Assembly (NCBI GenBank): GCA_043228905.1
Contig: JBHGNT010000013.1
Location: forward strand, 9,920,001-9,984,000
Direction of reading: 5' to 3'
DNA from: Azolla caroliniana
Lineage: Eukaryota > Plantae > Polypodiophyta
Length of the DNA stretch: 64,000 bases
This document shows, one piece after another, positions 11,357 through 21,943 of this stretch. The stretch's first letter is position 1. Every line of letters begins with the position of its first letter. The notes under the pieces were generated by a model. It searched no databases and had not been told where the DNA came from. It saw nothing but the letters and a program-made list of their open reading frames with translations. A program made the translations under genes and the position numbers.

Positions 11357-11649
11357 CATGGTTTTGTGCACACGGTTTTGCTTATGTCATGCACAAACCA
11401 TGGGTTTAAAACCATGGTTTTGTGCACATGGTTTTCTATGGTTGTTTCGTCTATAATTTGTATATGAAAAGAAAATACATAAAATCTACACTATATGATA
11501 GTTGTCCTAGTGGTAAGGCAATTATCTTGTATGTTAGAGGTGCAAGGTTCAATCCTTGCTTGCACCCCTCTGTATGAACTCAAGTGCCACTAGGCTAGGT
11601 TTATTTGCTAAGTGCATGTGCAATGTTGCACATCCTTGGTTTATTCGTC

Positions 11650-13875
11650 TCACTCGGTTTCACACCGTAGCCGAAAATCGTCACGACATCCACCCCCACC
11701 AAACCTGCACATCCTCCGGTATGTGCCGAGAAAGGTGAAGAGGTGAGATCTTTGGCAACGGTGATCAACCGAGTTCCTCTGCACGCTCGTCGACTTCATC
11801 TTCCACTTTGAGTATGCGCAATCTTTCCAACCGAACCACCGTAGCCACCCGATCCACCATATCCGGCGCTCACACCTTCTTCCCCGATCGGTTGTAGTAG
11901 ATCTACCGAACGATGTCGTCGATACGACCGCTCTTCCTTCGTCCACCGTGCGTGTCCTTCGATTGGACTCCTGGCCACTCCTCACGCTCACCGTCTTCAA
12001 CTGGGTATTGTAGATCGTTCGTGTCGATCTCCGATTAGGCTGGGTTTGCCCTTGTCCGGATCGGTCTCCACCGATCGCTTCTTGGCTTGGTTGGCCTTCG
12101 TCTGCATTCACATTTCCCCGAGTCGGGCTCGACCGATTGATTCTGGCTGGGTCGACCCCCTTTTGGATCGGAATCGTCCGATCGATTTTCGCCGAATCAG
12201 GTTTCGGCCGGGTCGGCCCCGGTCGATCGGCTCCCATGTAGATCTTCCTTCGTTCGGGTCGGAATCCCGGCCGGATCGTCTTCTGGTTCAACCGGTTCTC
12301 GACTCTTCCTTCCTTCCCACATGCAACCTCTCCATTGAACTCAACCGCAGCTTCATCCTTGGCCTCTACGTCGGCCATATCCTTCCCTCCATGTATGCTT
12401 GCCGCGAGCCATATTGTCTCCTCTTCGCCACCTCCTTTATCTTCGGTCTTATGCCAACACACGGTCTCGACTGCCGAAGTCTCCGGAACCGGTGTGAAGG
12501 AATCCCTTCGCTCATGCACATTTACCTTGTCTTCTTCATCGCCCTTCCGGTCGTCCTCTTTTTTGTCCACACATTCCGTCTCTCCGGTCTCACGTTGGCG
12601 CACGTGCACAACCGCCGAAGTCTCTAGAATAGGTGTGGGGATATCATTTCTTCCTCGATCTTCTTCCTCCTTGTGTTGGGCCTTCGTCTTCCCGTCACCA
12701 CCTTCCGTCTCTCCGGTCTCACGTTGGCACATGGGTGCAACCGCCGAAGTCTCTGGAACAAGCGTGAAGAAAGTGTCGACATGGCTATCCGTCGTCGACT
12801 CATCCATAGCCACCTCCGACTCGATGTCGTTTGTCATGGCTACCTCCTCAATCTCTTCAGACTCAAACACTTTTTCTCCCTCGATCATGCAAGCTTTTCT
12901 CATGCTTGCGCCGTCATCACCCGATGTTTCGTACACAATGCGTGTTCCGAAACATTTATCCTCCCTCGAAGTGGCGTTCGCCGTCCTCGAGTCATCGGCC
13001 TCCTCCTTGGCCGTCGTTTCTTCGTAAGACAAGAAGGTGACTTGTTTCACACCTTCTCTCTCGGTACCGTCATACCGAACCAGAGCCTTTGTATCGGCCA
13101 CTTCATTAACCCGCATTTGTTGGGAGGTCTCTTCTTCCTCGATCACCATTCGCCTCGGTTTTGTCTCCCTTCTAAGCTTCATTTCTTTTGTTGGTGGTGC
13201 GTTGTTGCATCTCGTCCCTCTTCGATCATCCCTCATGGGCCGTCTTGTTGTCGTCGATATTCTCGCTTGCCCCTTATCGTGTAGTCGGCATACACTTTCC
13301 ACTTTGCTCCAATCCTCGATGAGGCCATTTGCACCATCATCTTCTTCGAGTTTGAGACCGATCGCCATCCTTTCCATTCGATCGATTGACTTCACGAACA
13401 TAAGGACCTTATCGACCCCCACCAATCTTTGTTCCCGCTCCGACAATTGAGAAAAATGATGCTCGAAGTCTACGAATGCTTGTGTCGCGCCTTGGTGGGT
13501 CTTCGCTGATGTCACCCATTGGTCAAAGTTGCGTCGATCTTGTCCCTTCTGCCTCTCATAGCCATATTCCTCCAATAGAGCCTCCTCGAAAGTCGCCCAC
13601 GAATCATGAGCTTCTAGAAGCTCTTTTACATCTTTGAAGATCGGTTGAGACACCACCCGACAAAAGTACTCTAGCCTCATAGCTTTGTCCACACCTCTTG
13701 AATCCATCTCCGCATTGTAGACTTTTAGGAAACTTTGGACTTCGGCACCGTTGAAATAGCTCATTTGTTCGACTACCTTGTCGACGGCTTGTTGGGCTTC
13801 ATTTCTTCTTTTCCCTTCTCTCAGAAACTCCATCATCCTTCTTGACATTGCCTCCATGAGATATTCGCCATCCAT
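11650..13875 (-). CDS. gag-like protein (741 aa) of the Trp-primed element, acidic repetitive C-terminal half
   Basis: Starts 22 nt after the PBS; capsid-like N-terminus (FNGAEVQSFLKVY...WATFEEALLEEY); three PETSAV..RETGETE repeats; homolog at 62718-63563. Confidence 0.75.
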   Translation of the reverse strand: MDGEYLMEAMSRRMMEFLREGKRRNEAQQAVDKVVEQMSYFNGAEVQSFLKVYNAEMDSRGVDKAMRLEYFCRVVSQPIFKDVKELLEAHDSWATFEEALLEEYGYERQKGQDRRNFDQWVTSAKTHQGATQAFVDFEHHFSQLSEREQRLVGVDKVLMFVKSIDRMERMAIGLKLEEDDGANGLIEDWSKVESVCRLHDKGQARISTTTRRPMRDDRRGTRCNNAPPTKEMKLRRETKPRRMVIEEEETSQQMRVNEVADTKALVRYDGTEREGVKQVTFLSYEETTAKEEADDSRTANATSREDKCFGTRIVYETSGDDGASMRKACMIEGEKVFESEEIEEVAMTNDIESEVAMDESTTDSHVDTFFTLVPETSAVAPMCQRETGETEGGDGKTKAQHKEEEDRGRNDIPTPILETSAVVHVRQRETGETECVDKKEDDRKGDEEDKVNVHERRDSFTPVPETSAVETVCWHKTEDKGGGEEETIWLAASIHGGKDMADVEAKDEAAVEFNGEVACGKEGRVENRLNQKTIRPGFRPERRKIYMGADRPGPTRPKPDSAKIDRTIPIQKGVDPARINRSSPTRGNVNADEGQPSQEAIGGDRSGQGQTQPNRRSTRTIYNTQLKTVSVRSGQESNRRTRTVDEGRAVVSTTSFGRSTTTDRGRRCERRIWWIGWLRWFGWKDCAYSKWKMKSTSVQRNSVDHRCQRSHLFTFLGTYRRMCRFGGGGCRDDFRLRCETE

Positions 13876-13896
13876 CTTCGTCCTCCCCTGTTGCTC

Positions 13897-13914
13897 TTCA
13901 CGTCGGGTTCACCA
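13897..13914 (-). promoter_or_regulatory. Primer binding site complementary to tRNA-Trp(CCA)
   Basis: Minus strand TGGTGAACCCGACGTGAA, 5 nt from the LTR; complements the plant tRNA-Trp 3' end ...TTCACGTCGGGTTCACCA as recalled; identical at 62679-62696. Confidence 0.85.
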
Positions 13915-14561
13915 AATGATGTCGCGAAGATTCGCGCGTGCGTGTGCTACTCGAGCGACCACCGGGGTCTTGGACTGGGGAGGACGTTCGCGGAATTATC
14001 GAAGCTAGATGACGATCAATGTAAGATTAGATGAAATTGGTTTACTCGAGAAGAAGAAAGATTGTACACTTGAGAAGTAGAAAAATAATGAAGAAGATAA
14101 AGACAAATATTATATTGATGATAATGGTGTTGGTGATATCACATATTGAGCCCCCCTTACACAAGCCCAACTAGAGGCTTTTATAGGTCTTTCCATGCTC
14201 GTGACATGCACATAACCATGGGCTAAAACCATGGTTTTGTGCACACGGTTTTGCTTATGTCATGCACAAACCATGGGTTTAAAACCATGGTTTTGTGCAC
14301 ATGGTTTTCTATGGTTGTTTCGTCTATAATTTGTATATGAAAAGAAAATACATAAAATCTACACTATATGATAGTTGTCCTAGTGGTAAGGCAATTATCT
14401 TGTATGTTAGAGGTGCAAGGTTCAATCCTTGCTTGCACCCCTCTTTATGAACTCAAGTGCCACTAGGCTAGGTTTATTTGCTAAGTGCATGTGCAATGTT
14501 GCACATCCTTGGTTTATTCGTCTCACTCGGTTTCACACCGTAGCCGAAAATCGTCACGACA

Positions 14562-15561
14562 ACGCGGTCTTCCATTCGTCTCCTGGTCGGATCCGTACGA
14601 GGTTATATGCTCCCCGTAAGTCAATCTTCGTGAAGAACCTGGCACCATTGATCCGTTCTAAAAGACTTGAGATAAGGGGAAGAGCATACCTATTCCTGAT
14701 TGTAACCTTATTCAGGCCACGGTAATCTACAATGAGACGAAGCGATCCATCCTTTTTCTTGACGAAGAAAATGGGCGTGCCCGCTGGAGATTTCGAATGC
14801 CGGATGAAACCATTTTCCAAATTCTCCTCTATATAGGCCCGAAGGACTTCCAGATCGGTTGGTGACAAATTGTAGATCGTTCCCCATGGCGGCTCTTTTC
14901 CCGGTTGTAAATCGATGGGGCAATCGTACGGTCGATGATGAGGAAGTGTGTTGGCTTGTACTTTATCGAACACATCGGCGTAATGACGATACTTCTCGGG
15001 AAGTTGAACGGTGGATTCTTCTTTAGTGGTGCTGGAGGGTTTTACTGATATTGCAAAGAGGAACATTTCCTCCTTGTGCCCTTCTTTACGCAACTGACGT
15101 AGCGAAATGGTTGCCATCTTCTGAGTTGACCCTTGGGTTTGTCGACACCGGATTTCTCTTGTTCTCCTATCTATGTCTAGGTTATGTAACTCGAACCACG
15201 GTAATCCTAAAACTATGGGATGTTCTGGGATACTAATAATATTAAATGATACTACACATGCTAAGTTATCTAGGACAATATTAATGGGCTCTGACTCTTC
15301 TATGATATTTCCGGAAGCAATGGGACGTCCATCAATGACTACTACAGAGGCTGGACACTGGAGTTTTCTTAGGGATATCTTATGAGCTTGAGCAAATTTC
15401 TTATCCATAAAGCAAGAGTTAGCTCCGGAATCTAGGAGTGTTAGGACATGTACTGGAGGGGTACTTTTAGTACTAACTATTACTTGGGCTACGAACACAT
15501 CACTAACTTGCTTAGAGGGAATGGAACCACTAATGGGCTGCACAGATCTAGGGTTGTCCAA
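14562..15561 (-). pseudogene. pol 5' part of Tcn1-like copy 2: protease + RT N-terminus (interrupted)
   Basis: [53 protein letters not shown]...WKTA. Confidence 0.92.
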
Positions 15562-15734
15562 CCAAACGGCTCCTATTTTGGCTGGACTTAGTCGTTTAAC
15601 TCTTCTTCTAACTGACTAAGGACATCAAATCTATTCGCTAGATCTGGGCTATTAGTACTATTAGGACTATCAGATATCCCTACTGAAATAGGCTCGGGTT
15701 TAGTACAATTAGAACTAACGACTATTTGGTTTAC

Positions 15735-16739
15735 CTATCTTCTTGGCCTATGGGGGAAATTTATTGCAATATGTCCTGGTCCACCGCAATAAAGACATAG
15801 TCGATTTTTACGGTGTCGCTGCTTTTCTTCTTCGGATAATGGCCCTCGACGACATGTAGTGTCAATCTCCATCGGAGTCGGAGTATTCGCTGGAGGCACA
15901 TTATATGACTCCCTCGGAAAAGGTCTTGCTACCACTGAGGCGTAGGTGGGCTCTGATCTTGCCCTCGGCATATGTAGCTGTCGTTCCAAACGTCGCTCAA
16001 AGAGGCGGTTGTCACATCTCACCGCGCGACTGATTGCTTCTGTTAAGGACTTTGGCTCTTCGGGGAAGGTCAAGAGTAAATCCTTGACATCGTTGAGTAA
16101 ACCATAACGGAATTGCTCCATCAACGCTTGATCATCCCAAGGGATATCGGCGGCGAGTAGGCGAAAATCTGCAGCGTATGCGGAGGCTGGACGGTCACCT
16201 TGGCGTAATCGCCGAATTTTGTTGATTGCGGTCCTGATGCTGTCAATATCTCCGAAACATGCTTTAAACTCACCTAGAAACTCTTCAAAATTGTTGAGTA
16301 ATGGAGATTCTTTTTCTAATAGTGGAGCGAACCATGCCAACGCTGAGGCACTTAACAAAGTGCCTACTAAACCCACTCGTGATGCATCGGTGGGATACCG
16401 GGAAGGATGCATTTGAATAACTAATCGTACCTGGTTAAGGAACCCTCTAAACTGCGATCGCGTTCCATCGAACTTCGTGGGAAGGCCAATCTTGGGTTCT
16501 TTATGAATCCCTTGTGTTTCGGGCCCTTGTTGTTGCATCGCTACGATGGTTGCTTCGAGTTGTTGCACGCGTAACGCAAGTTCCCCATGTTGTTGTTGCG
16601 TTTGCTGCTTTTCTAAGGAGATTTGTTGAAGATCCCCCAGCAACCGTTGGTTTTCTTGTTCCAAAGCATGGAACTTCTCTTTCAAGCATTGAAATTCCGA
16701 GAAAACAGATTGATATTCTTCAGCGCTAACAATGGCCAT
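15735..16739 (-). CDS. gag of Tcn1-like copy 2 (334 aa)
   Basis: Coiled-coil N-terminus, KFDGTRSQFRGFL, LRQGDRPASAYAADF, PMEID, CLYCGGPGHIAINF zinc knuckle (last Cys mutated). Confidence 0.9.
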   Translation of the reverse strand: MAIVSAEEYQSVFSEFQCLKEKFHALEQENQRLLGDLQQISLEKQQTQQQHGELALRVQQLEATIVAMQQQGPETQGIHKEPKIGLPTKFDGTRSQFRGFLNQVRLVIQMHPSRYPTDASRVGLVGTLLSASALAWFAPLLEKESPLLNNFEEFLGEFKACFGDIDSIRTAINKIRRLRQGDRPASAYAADFRLLAADIPWDDQALMEQFRYGLLNDVKDLLLTFPEEPKSLTEAISRAVRCDNRLFERRLERQLHMPRARSEPTYASVVARPFPRESYNVPPANTPTPMEIDTTCRRGPLSEEEKQRHRKNRLCLYCGGPGHIAINFPHRPRR

Positions 16740-17539
16740 GGGATGAAAGAAAAGAGGAATAAGAGATTAGTAGGAAATGAGAGAGACAGAAGGTAGGGCA
16801 AATCGGTTCAAACTGTCAGGAACAGTACTAAGACAGAGAAGGACTTAGTTCTAAAAGAAGTATTAGTACTAAGAGAGGCGAAGAACTCTTGAGAGAAGGA
16901 CTAAGACAGAGAAGGACTTAGTACTAAAAGAAGTATTAGTACTAAGAGAGGTGAAGAACTCTCGAGAGAAGGAAAGAGTGAGAGGGAGGGAGGGGGAGAG
17001 AGAGAGAGAGAGAGTGATGATAAGAAAAGATATATATTATGTGAAGAAAATGTAGAGTAACTAGGAGGCTTAAGACTGGCGTTGAACCGATTTGGTTCGA
17101 AATAATGCCTTGTGCCTCCTTTTATAGTGTTCTAAGGAATACTCCTGAAGTTTCTAGAATGTTCCAGAGAAATCTGGAATATACATCAATTTTCTATAAT
17201 AAAACATAAATGAAAATAATATTCTACGTATTACAATGTATAATCTAATGGTCAAGAGCTCGACCCATGTAGCATAAGGTCATGGGTTCGAGTCTTGCCA
17301 TATCATCACAGGTGCATTCAAGTACGTCCTTCCATGTATGATGGCATTGTGACAGCATTGAACACTCAGGTTCGACCCACTCCTTTAAAATTTGATGAAC
17401 TAAGTGCAATGTTGCTTGACAAGGAGCTTCAGTTGAAGACAAGAGAATGACAAGAAGATTCGGCATTTGTCTCTAGAAGTAAAGGTAAAGGGGTATCCAA
17501 TTCAAACAATGCGAGAAGTCAGGTGTTGAAATAACAGAT

Positions 17540-18125
17540 TCTGCTAGCAAGGTTGTAGGAATAGGGGTAAGGCGGAACAATCTCTATGAGTTGAGCGCAT
17601 TTACAATTTCTACTGACCACATCACAAGTACTAACACAAAGCAATGACATGAGAGATTTGGGCATCTCAATGTTGTTGTGTTGAAGGAGATGAAGAAGTC
17701 AAATATGGTAGTTGGGTTGCCAACCCTATCTGACTTAAGTCATGTTTGTGATGCTTGTATGATGGGCAAGCATCAAAGGTTAGTCATTCCAAAAGAGAGT
17801 CAAAATCGGACAAAGACTCCTCTACAGCTAATACACATCGACCTCTCTAGAAAAATGGTGACTCCTGCAATGGGTGGATCTCTCTACTATATGCTAGTAG
17901 TCTACGATTTCAATAGAAAGATGTGGGTTTACTTCCTTTGGGAGAAGGCTGAAGCTTTTAAAATCTTCAAAAGATGGCATAAGTTTGTCGAGCGGGAGTC
18001 CAGAAAGTTATTGAAGGAGTTACGCTTTGATCAGGGTGGAGAATTCTTAGATCAATAGAATTCTGTGAGTATTGCAAAGAGCATGGAATTAAGCGCCAAC
18101 TTACAACTGCCTACACTCCACAACT
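17540..18125 (+). pseudogene. copia GAG-pre-integrase / integrase core remnant of the outer element
   Basis: HERFGHLN, VCDACMMGKHQR, LQLIHIDL, LRFDQGGEF, QLTTAYTPQ. Confidence 0.85.
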
Positions 18126-20631
18126 GATTCAAACTTGATCAACGTAATTAAAAAGATGACAATCCTAACAAGTCTCGAAGCTTTGAAGGTATTTGTACAA
18201 AAGGTTCTCTCACTCGAAAGATTTATTCATATGTTGACATGCTTACTTCTATCAAGAGTTATGTATCGCATGGACCTACTTGTGTTTGGAGAGATAACAA
18301 AGGCATACTAATTGTGGTAACCTCTTTCTTTGTGTTGACAAGGAGAAAGATGGCGATGGGAATTGTCAATGTGGGTGTGTGTCTAGGAGTGTGAGGTTTT
18401 TCCTACCGACTAGCGGGGGTTTTACTCACATAATTTGTTTCTTCTTTATTTATTCTCTCCTTCTTTGTCTATAGCCATGTATAAGGCGAAGGAGAATTTT
18501 TGGTTTTACTAGTAGCTTAGGGTTCACCATAAATGGTTCACCAAGAAGTAAGGGGGAGGGGTAAATGTGAAAGTGTTTTCAGAATTGAAGGTATTGAATT
18601 CTACAAGAATATAAGGTATGGTGCGTTCACATCCAGAGGGCAAGATCACGGGCCAAGGTTTTGAGGATAAGTCAATTTAAAAGCAAGACACATGGAGAAA
18701 AGTAAAAGAAAAAAAAAGTGGGCCACCAAAACGCAGTCTGCAACGAACGCTCATAACTCATTCGTTTAGAAGTCAAATATAACGTGCAAATATGGGTAGA
18801 AAGCTTGTGAAGAGAGTTATCCATAGTTTTTTAAATCGCTAAATTTGGAGCTCGGACGAGGGAGATATGACGATTTGAAGATCATTGTGTCATAGATAAG
18901 AATAGGACTCGATGAAAACTCTAAAAAAGCATAAAAAAGAAAGCAACGGAAGCTTATCCAGTGGAAGAGAACTTTATATAAAGCAAGAAGAGTAAGGTGG
19001 TAGAGGAGTCTCTTTCTTGTGATGTTTTCTTGCCTATTCACGTAGTGTTGGTTGAGTTGTTATCAATTTATCCTTGTAGACTTGGATTTATGTATCTTCT
19101 TTCTCTCTTCCTTCCATCATAATTATTCATTAGTAATAGATCTTTGTAGTTTTGGGTCTGTTTATCTTCCTTATCTCTCCTTTCTATTATCTCTCACTCT
19201 TTCAATATGAAATACAAAAATGTAGCATTACAAGGAGTCACAACTGACTTAGTATAAAGTAGGAGGGTGCTTTATATAGTCACCCTCTCTCTTCATTAAC
19301 TAACTACAACAACCACTCTCTTAGGGAATGTGGAGACCCATTAGTCATGGGGAATATGAAACTCATTAGTTATGTGTCATAGAATACGATTCTATGACGC
19401 ATAGTTAATGTGTAGAGAGTAGTGGTGTGACTCTTGACCTTTGAGTAATCATAGATTCTCAAAAGGTGTGTTCACACATTGCACTATGTTGAGCTTGATT
19501 CTCAACAAATAGAACCAATGATCAGCCCCAAGTTGTAAATCTATCCCCATATGTGCTCTTAGAGTGCACACTTTGTGATAGTGCCCCAAATGAGGAGCGG
19601 CTAGTGTGCAACTTGACAATATGGGTCGATAAAATGTTAATCTAGAAAACCGTAGATGCGTAGGACACAATGGATTTAGGAAAGAGCGAAATAGGTAATA
19701 GGATTGGCTAATTGTTATGTACACATAACATTGGTGAGGGTAGGTCACTAATATTTACATTAGTGAAGGGTATGTTCACTAATGTTAAAAAATGGGCTAA
19801 TGGGATTGGATAGAAGGAATGATAGGTGCATGCACTATCATGATTTGAATGGAGACCCTTTTAGAAAGGCACATCTATTCAAGGGGCCTAAGAAAAGGTA
19901 TAAATATGAGGCTTAGCTACCCTCATAAGCACATTACGTCGGAAGGTTGTTGTTGTAGACACCGGTGGTGCAGGCTAGGCTTTCGTCTCGACGATCGTGT
20001 TTATCTCTTCCAAGGTATTAGTCATCCTAATATCTGGTGGTATGGGACGTCGGTGGTAGGTTGGCTATGTTTAGATCATAGCTCGGGGGTGGTCGGGTGG
20101 AACGGGTTCTTCAATCCAATCTATTTTCCTTGGTTTACTTTACTTTGGTCTATTGATTAGTAATAGACTCTTAACATTGGTATCAGAGCATTTACTAACA
20201 TTTTTTTTTTTTTTGATGTTTTTTGCGTGTTAGCGATGGGGATCTAACAAGGCTTGTCTTGCTCTTCGCAGGATCAAAACAACATTCTTAACCCGATATT
20301 CTTCTTTCGCGAATCTCTGGTTTCTTTGCTATGATGCTTTCTTCTTGGTCATATAGAAGTGGTATTACATTTTCTTTTCTTTTCTTTCTTCTTTCTACCA
20401 TGATATGATGTAAATCTACTTATGCATCGGGTCGAGCATGTTTGCACTAATCACACACGCTCAACTCATGGCCCTTTTGCATATTGCGATGTATCTCCCA
20501 CTCTCCCTTCTCTTGAGCCATCTCTTACAGTAATAATTATTCTTGTGCATCGGGTTGAGCGTGTTTGCCCTAATCGCACACACTCACCTCATGACCCTTT
20601 TGCATATGATGTTGAGTATGGCACTCTTCCC

Positions 20632-20935
20632 TTTATTGAGCCATCACTTGGTCGATTCAATGGGATGTTGTGGCCTTGACTAGGTATATGTCTCTTACCT
20701 ATGCCACTTTACTCTTTATTGAGCCATCACTTGGCCAATTCTATGGGATGTTGTGGCCTTGACGAGGTGTATGTCGCCTACCTATGCCACTTTACTCTCT
20801 ATTGAGCAATCACTTGGCCAATTCTATGGGATGTTGTGGCCTTAACGAGACATATATCGTTTACCTATGCCAATTTACTCTTTATTGAGCCATCACTTGG
20901 CCGATTCTAGGGAGATGTGGTGGTCTTGAGGAGGT
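20632..20935 (+). repeat. 83-bp tandem repeat (~3.6 copies) in the chromovirus 5' leader
   Basis: ATTGAGC(C/A)ATCACTTGG recurs at 20635, 20718, 20801 and 20884. Confidence 0.85.
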
Positions 20936-21943
20936 GCATGTCAACAACCTTAGGGTTTCATACCTTAAGACATGCTTAATGTTCATACACCTAATTGATT
21001 ATTATTCTAATTATTTTCTAATTACACAAATTGTCTTTTCACTTTCTGATGATTTTCTCATAATTGGCATTAAATACCCACCCACAATTAACTCTCTTTC
21101 TTGCCCTTATTTTAAGTTCATCTACACTATTTACATACATTTAATGGTGTAACGATTCATGTAGACTATTTTTTAATATTGAGTGGGCATCATGCCGCTT
21201 TTTGAACATTTTTTCCAAAGTCTTCTCTAGGTTTGACTCATGTAATCGAGCCTTAGAACACGATTAAAAACACATGAGTTCCCCTATTGATGTTTTACTC
21301 ATAAATTTGAATACTACATCTTTGCGCACAACACCACCATTTGTATCAATTTGTGGCTTATGTCACAATTGTGCAAATTACAACCACCATATTGGGATGT
21401 AAATGTGCATACCTTGCACCATCCATTTATTTGTGACATTTTTTTTAAGTAGGTAACACATGGGTTTTTTTACCCTTGTATTCGTCATTGCTTGATTCTT
21501 ATGGGTAGTGCCTTATTTTATCGTTTTTGTCATAACATTTGCTTGTTACTCACAAGACTAGAATATTACTTGCGAGTGCACTTGTTTTTTCACGTAATAC
21601 ACTTTCTCGACCATATCAATACATGTTGGGTTGGCATTCTAATATAAGGCTAACTAGGAAACTACGTTGATGTTAGAACCACGGTTGAGCCTCGGGGAGC
21701 CGCCATGATTATTCAAGATAGAGATTCGAGAAAGACATCTTAGCTATGTTTTCCCCCATGGTTTTTAAAACACCATAGTGTTACCATAGTTATCGGATCT
21801 CGAATCACATCTCATATGTCTAGAGGGGTAAAGACGTGAGATACTTTCTTGGTAAAGTTCTTACAATCAAAATTTCAAGCATTCATTTTGCTTGTGTATT
21901 TTCTGAAGCTCCTTTTTCATATTGCATACCCACACCTTGCATC

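Larger units (their letters stand above)
8809..14561 (-). mobile_element. Young non-autonomous gypsy-type LTR element (gag-only, tRNA-Trp PBS), chimeric with three LTR copies; TSD ACGC
   Basis: 642-bp LTRs at 8809-9450 and 13920-14561, about 3 differences seen; partial LTR at 11357-11688. ACGC at 8805-8808 and 14562-14565; removing the insert restores host RT WKTAFHTRYG. Confidence 0.92.
6187..17310 (-). mobile_element. Tcn1-like Ty3/gypsy chromovirus copy 2, TSD GGTGC
   Basis: TSD at 6182-6186 and 17311-17315; TG...CA ends; 5' LTR 16814-17310; truncated 3' LTR 6187-~6280; domain order gag-PR-RT-RH-INT-chromodomain; no tRNA PBS. Confidence 0.92.

Noticed and set aside
17236-17310. Bona fide tRNA gene
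   Set aside because: A/B boxes and T-arm are present but there is no convincing acceptor or anticodon stem; reported only as tRNA-like.
18566-19712. Separate solo LTR(s) within the outer copia 3' region
   Set aside because: TATA-like signals in both orientations suggest further nested pieces, but no TG...CA pair with a TSD could be resolved.
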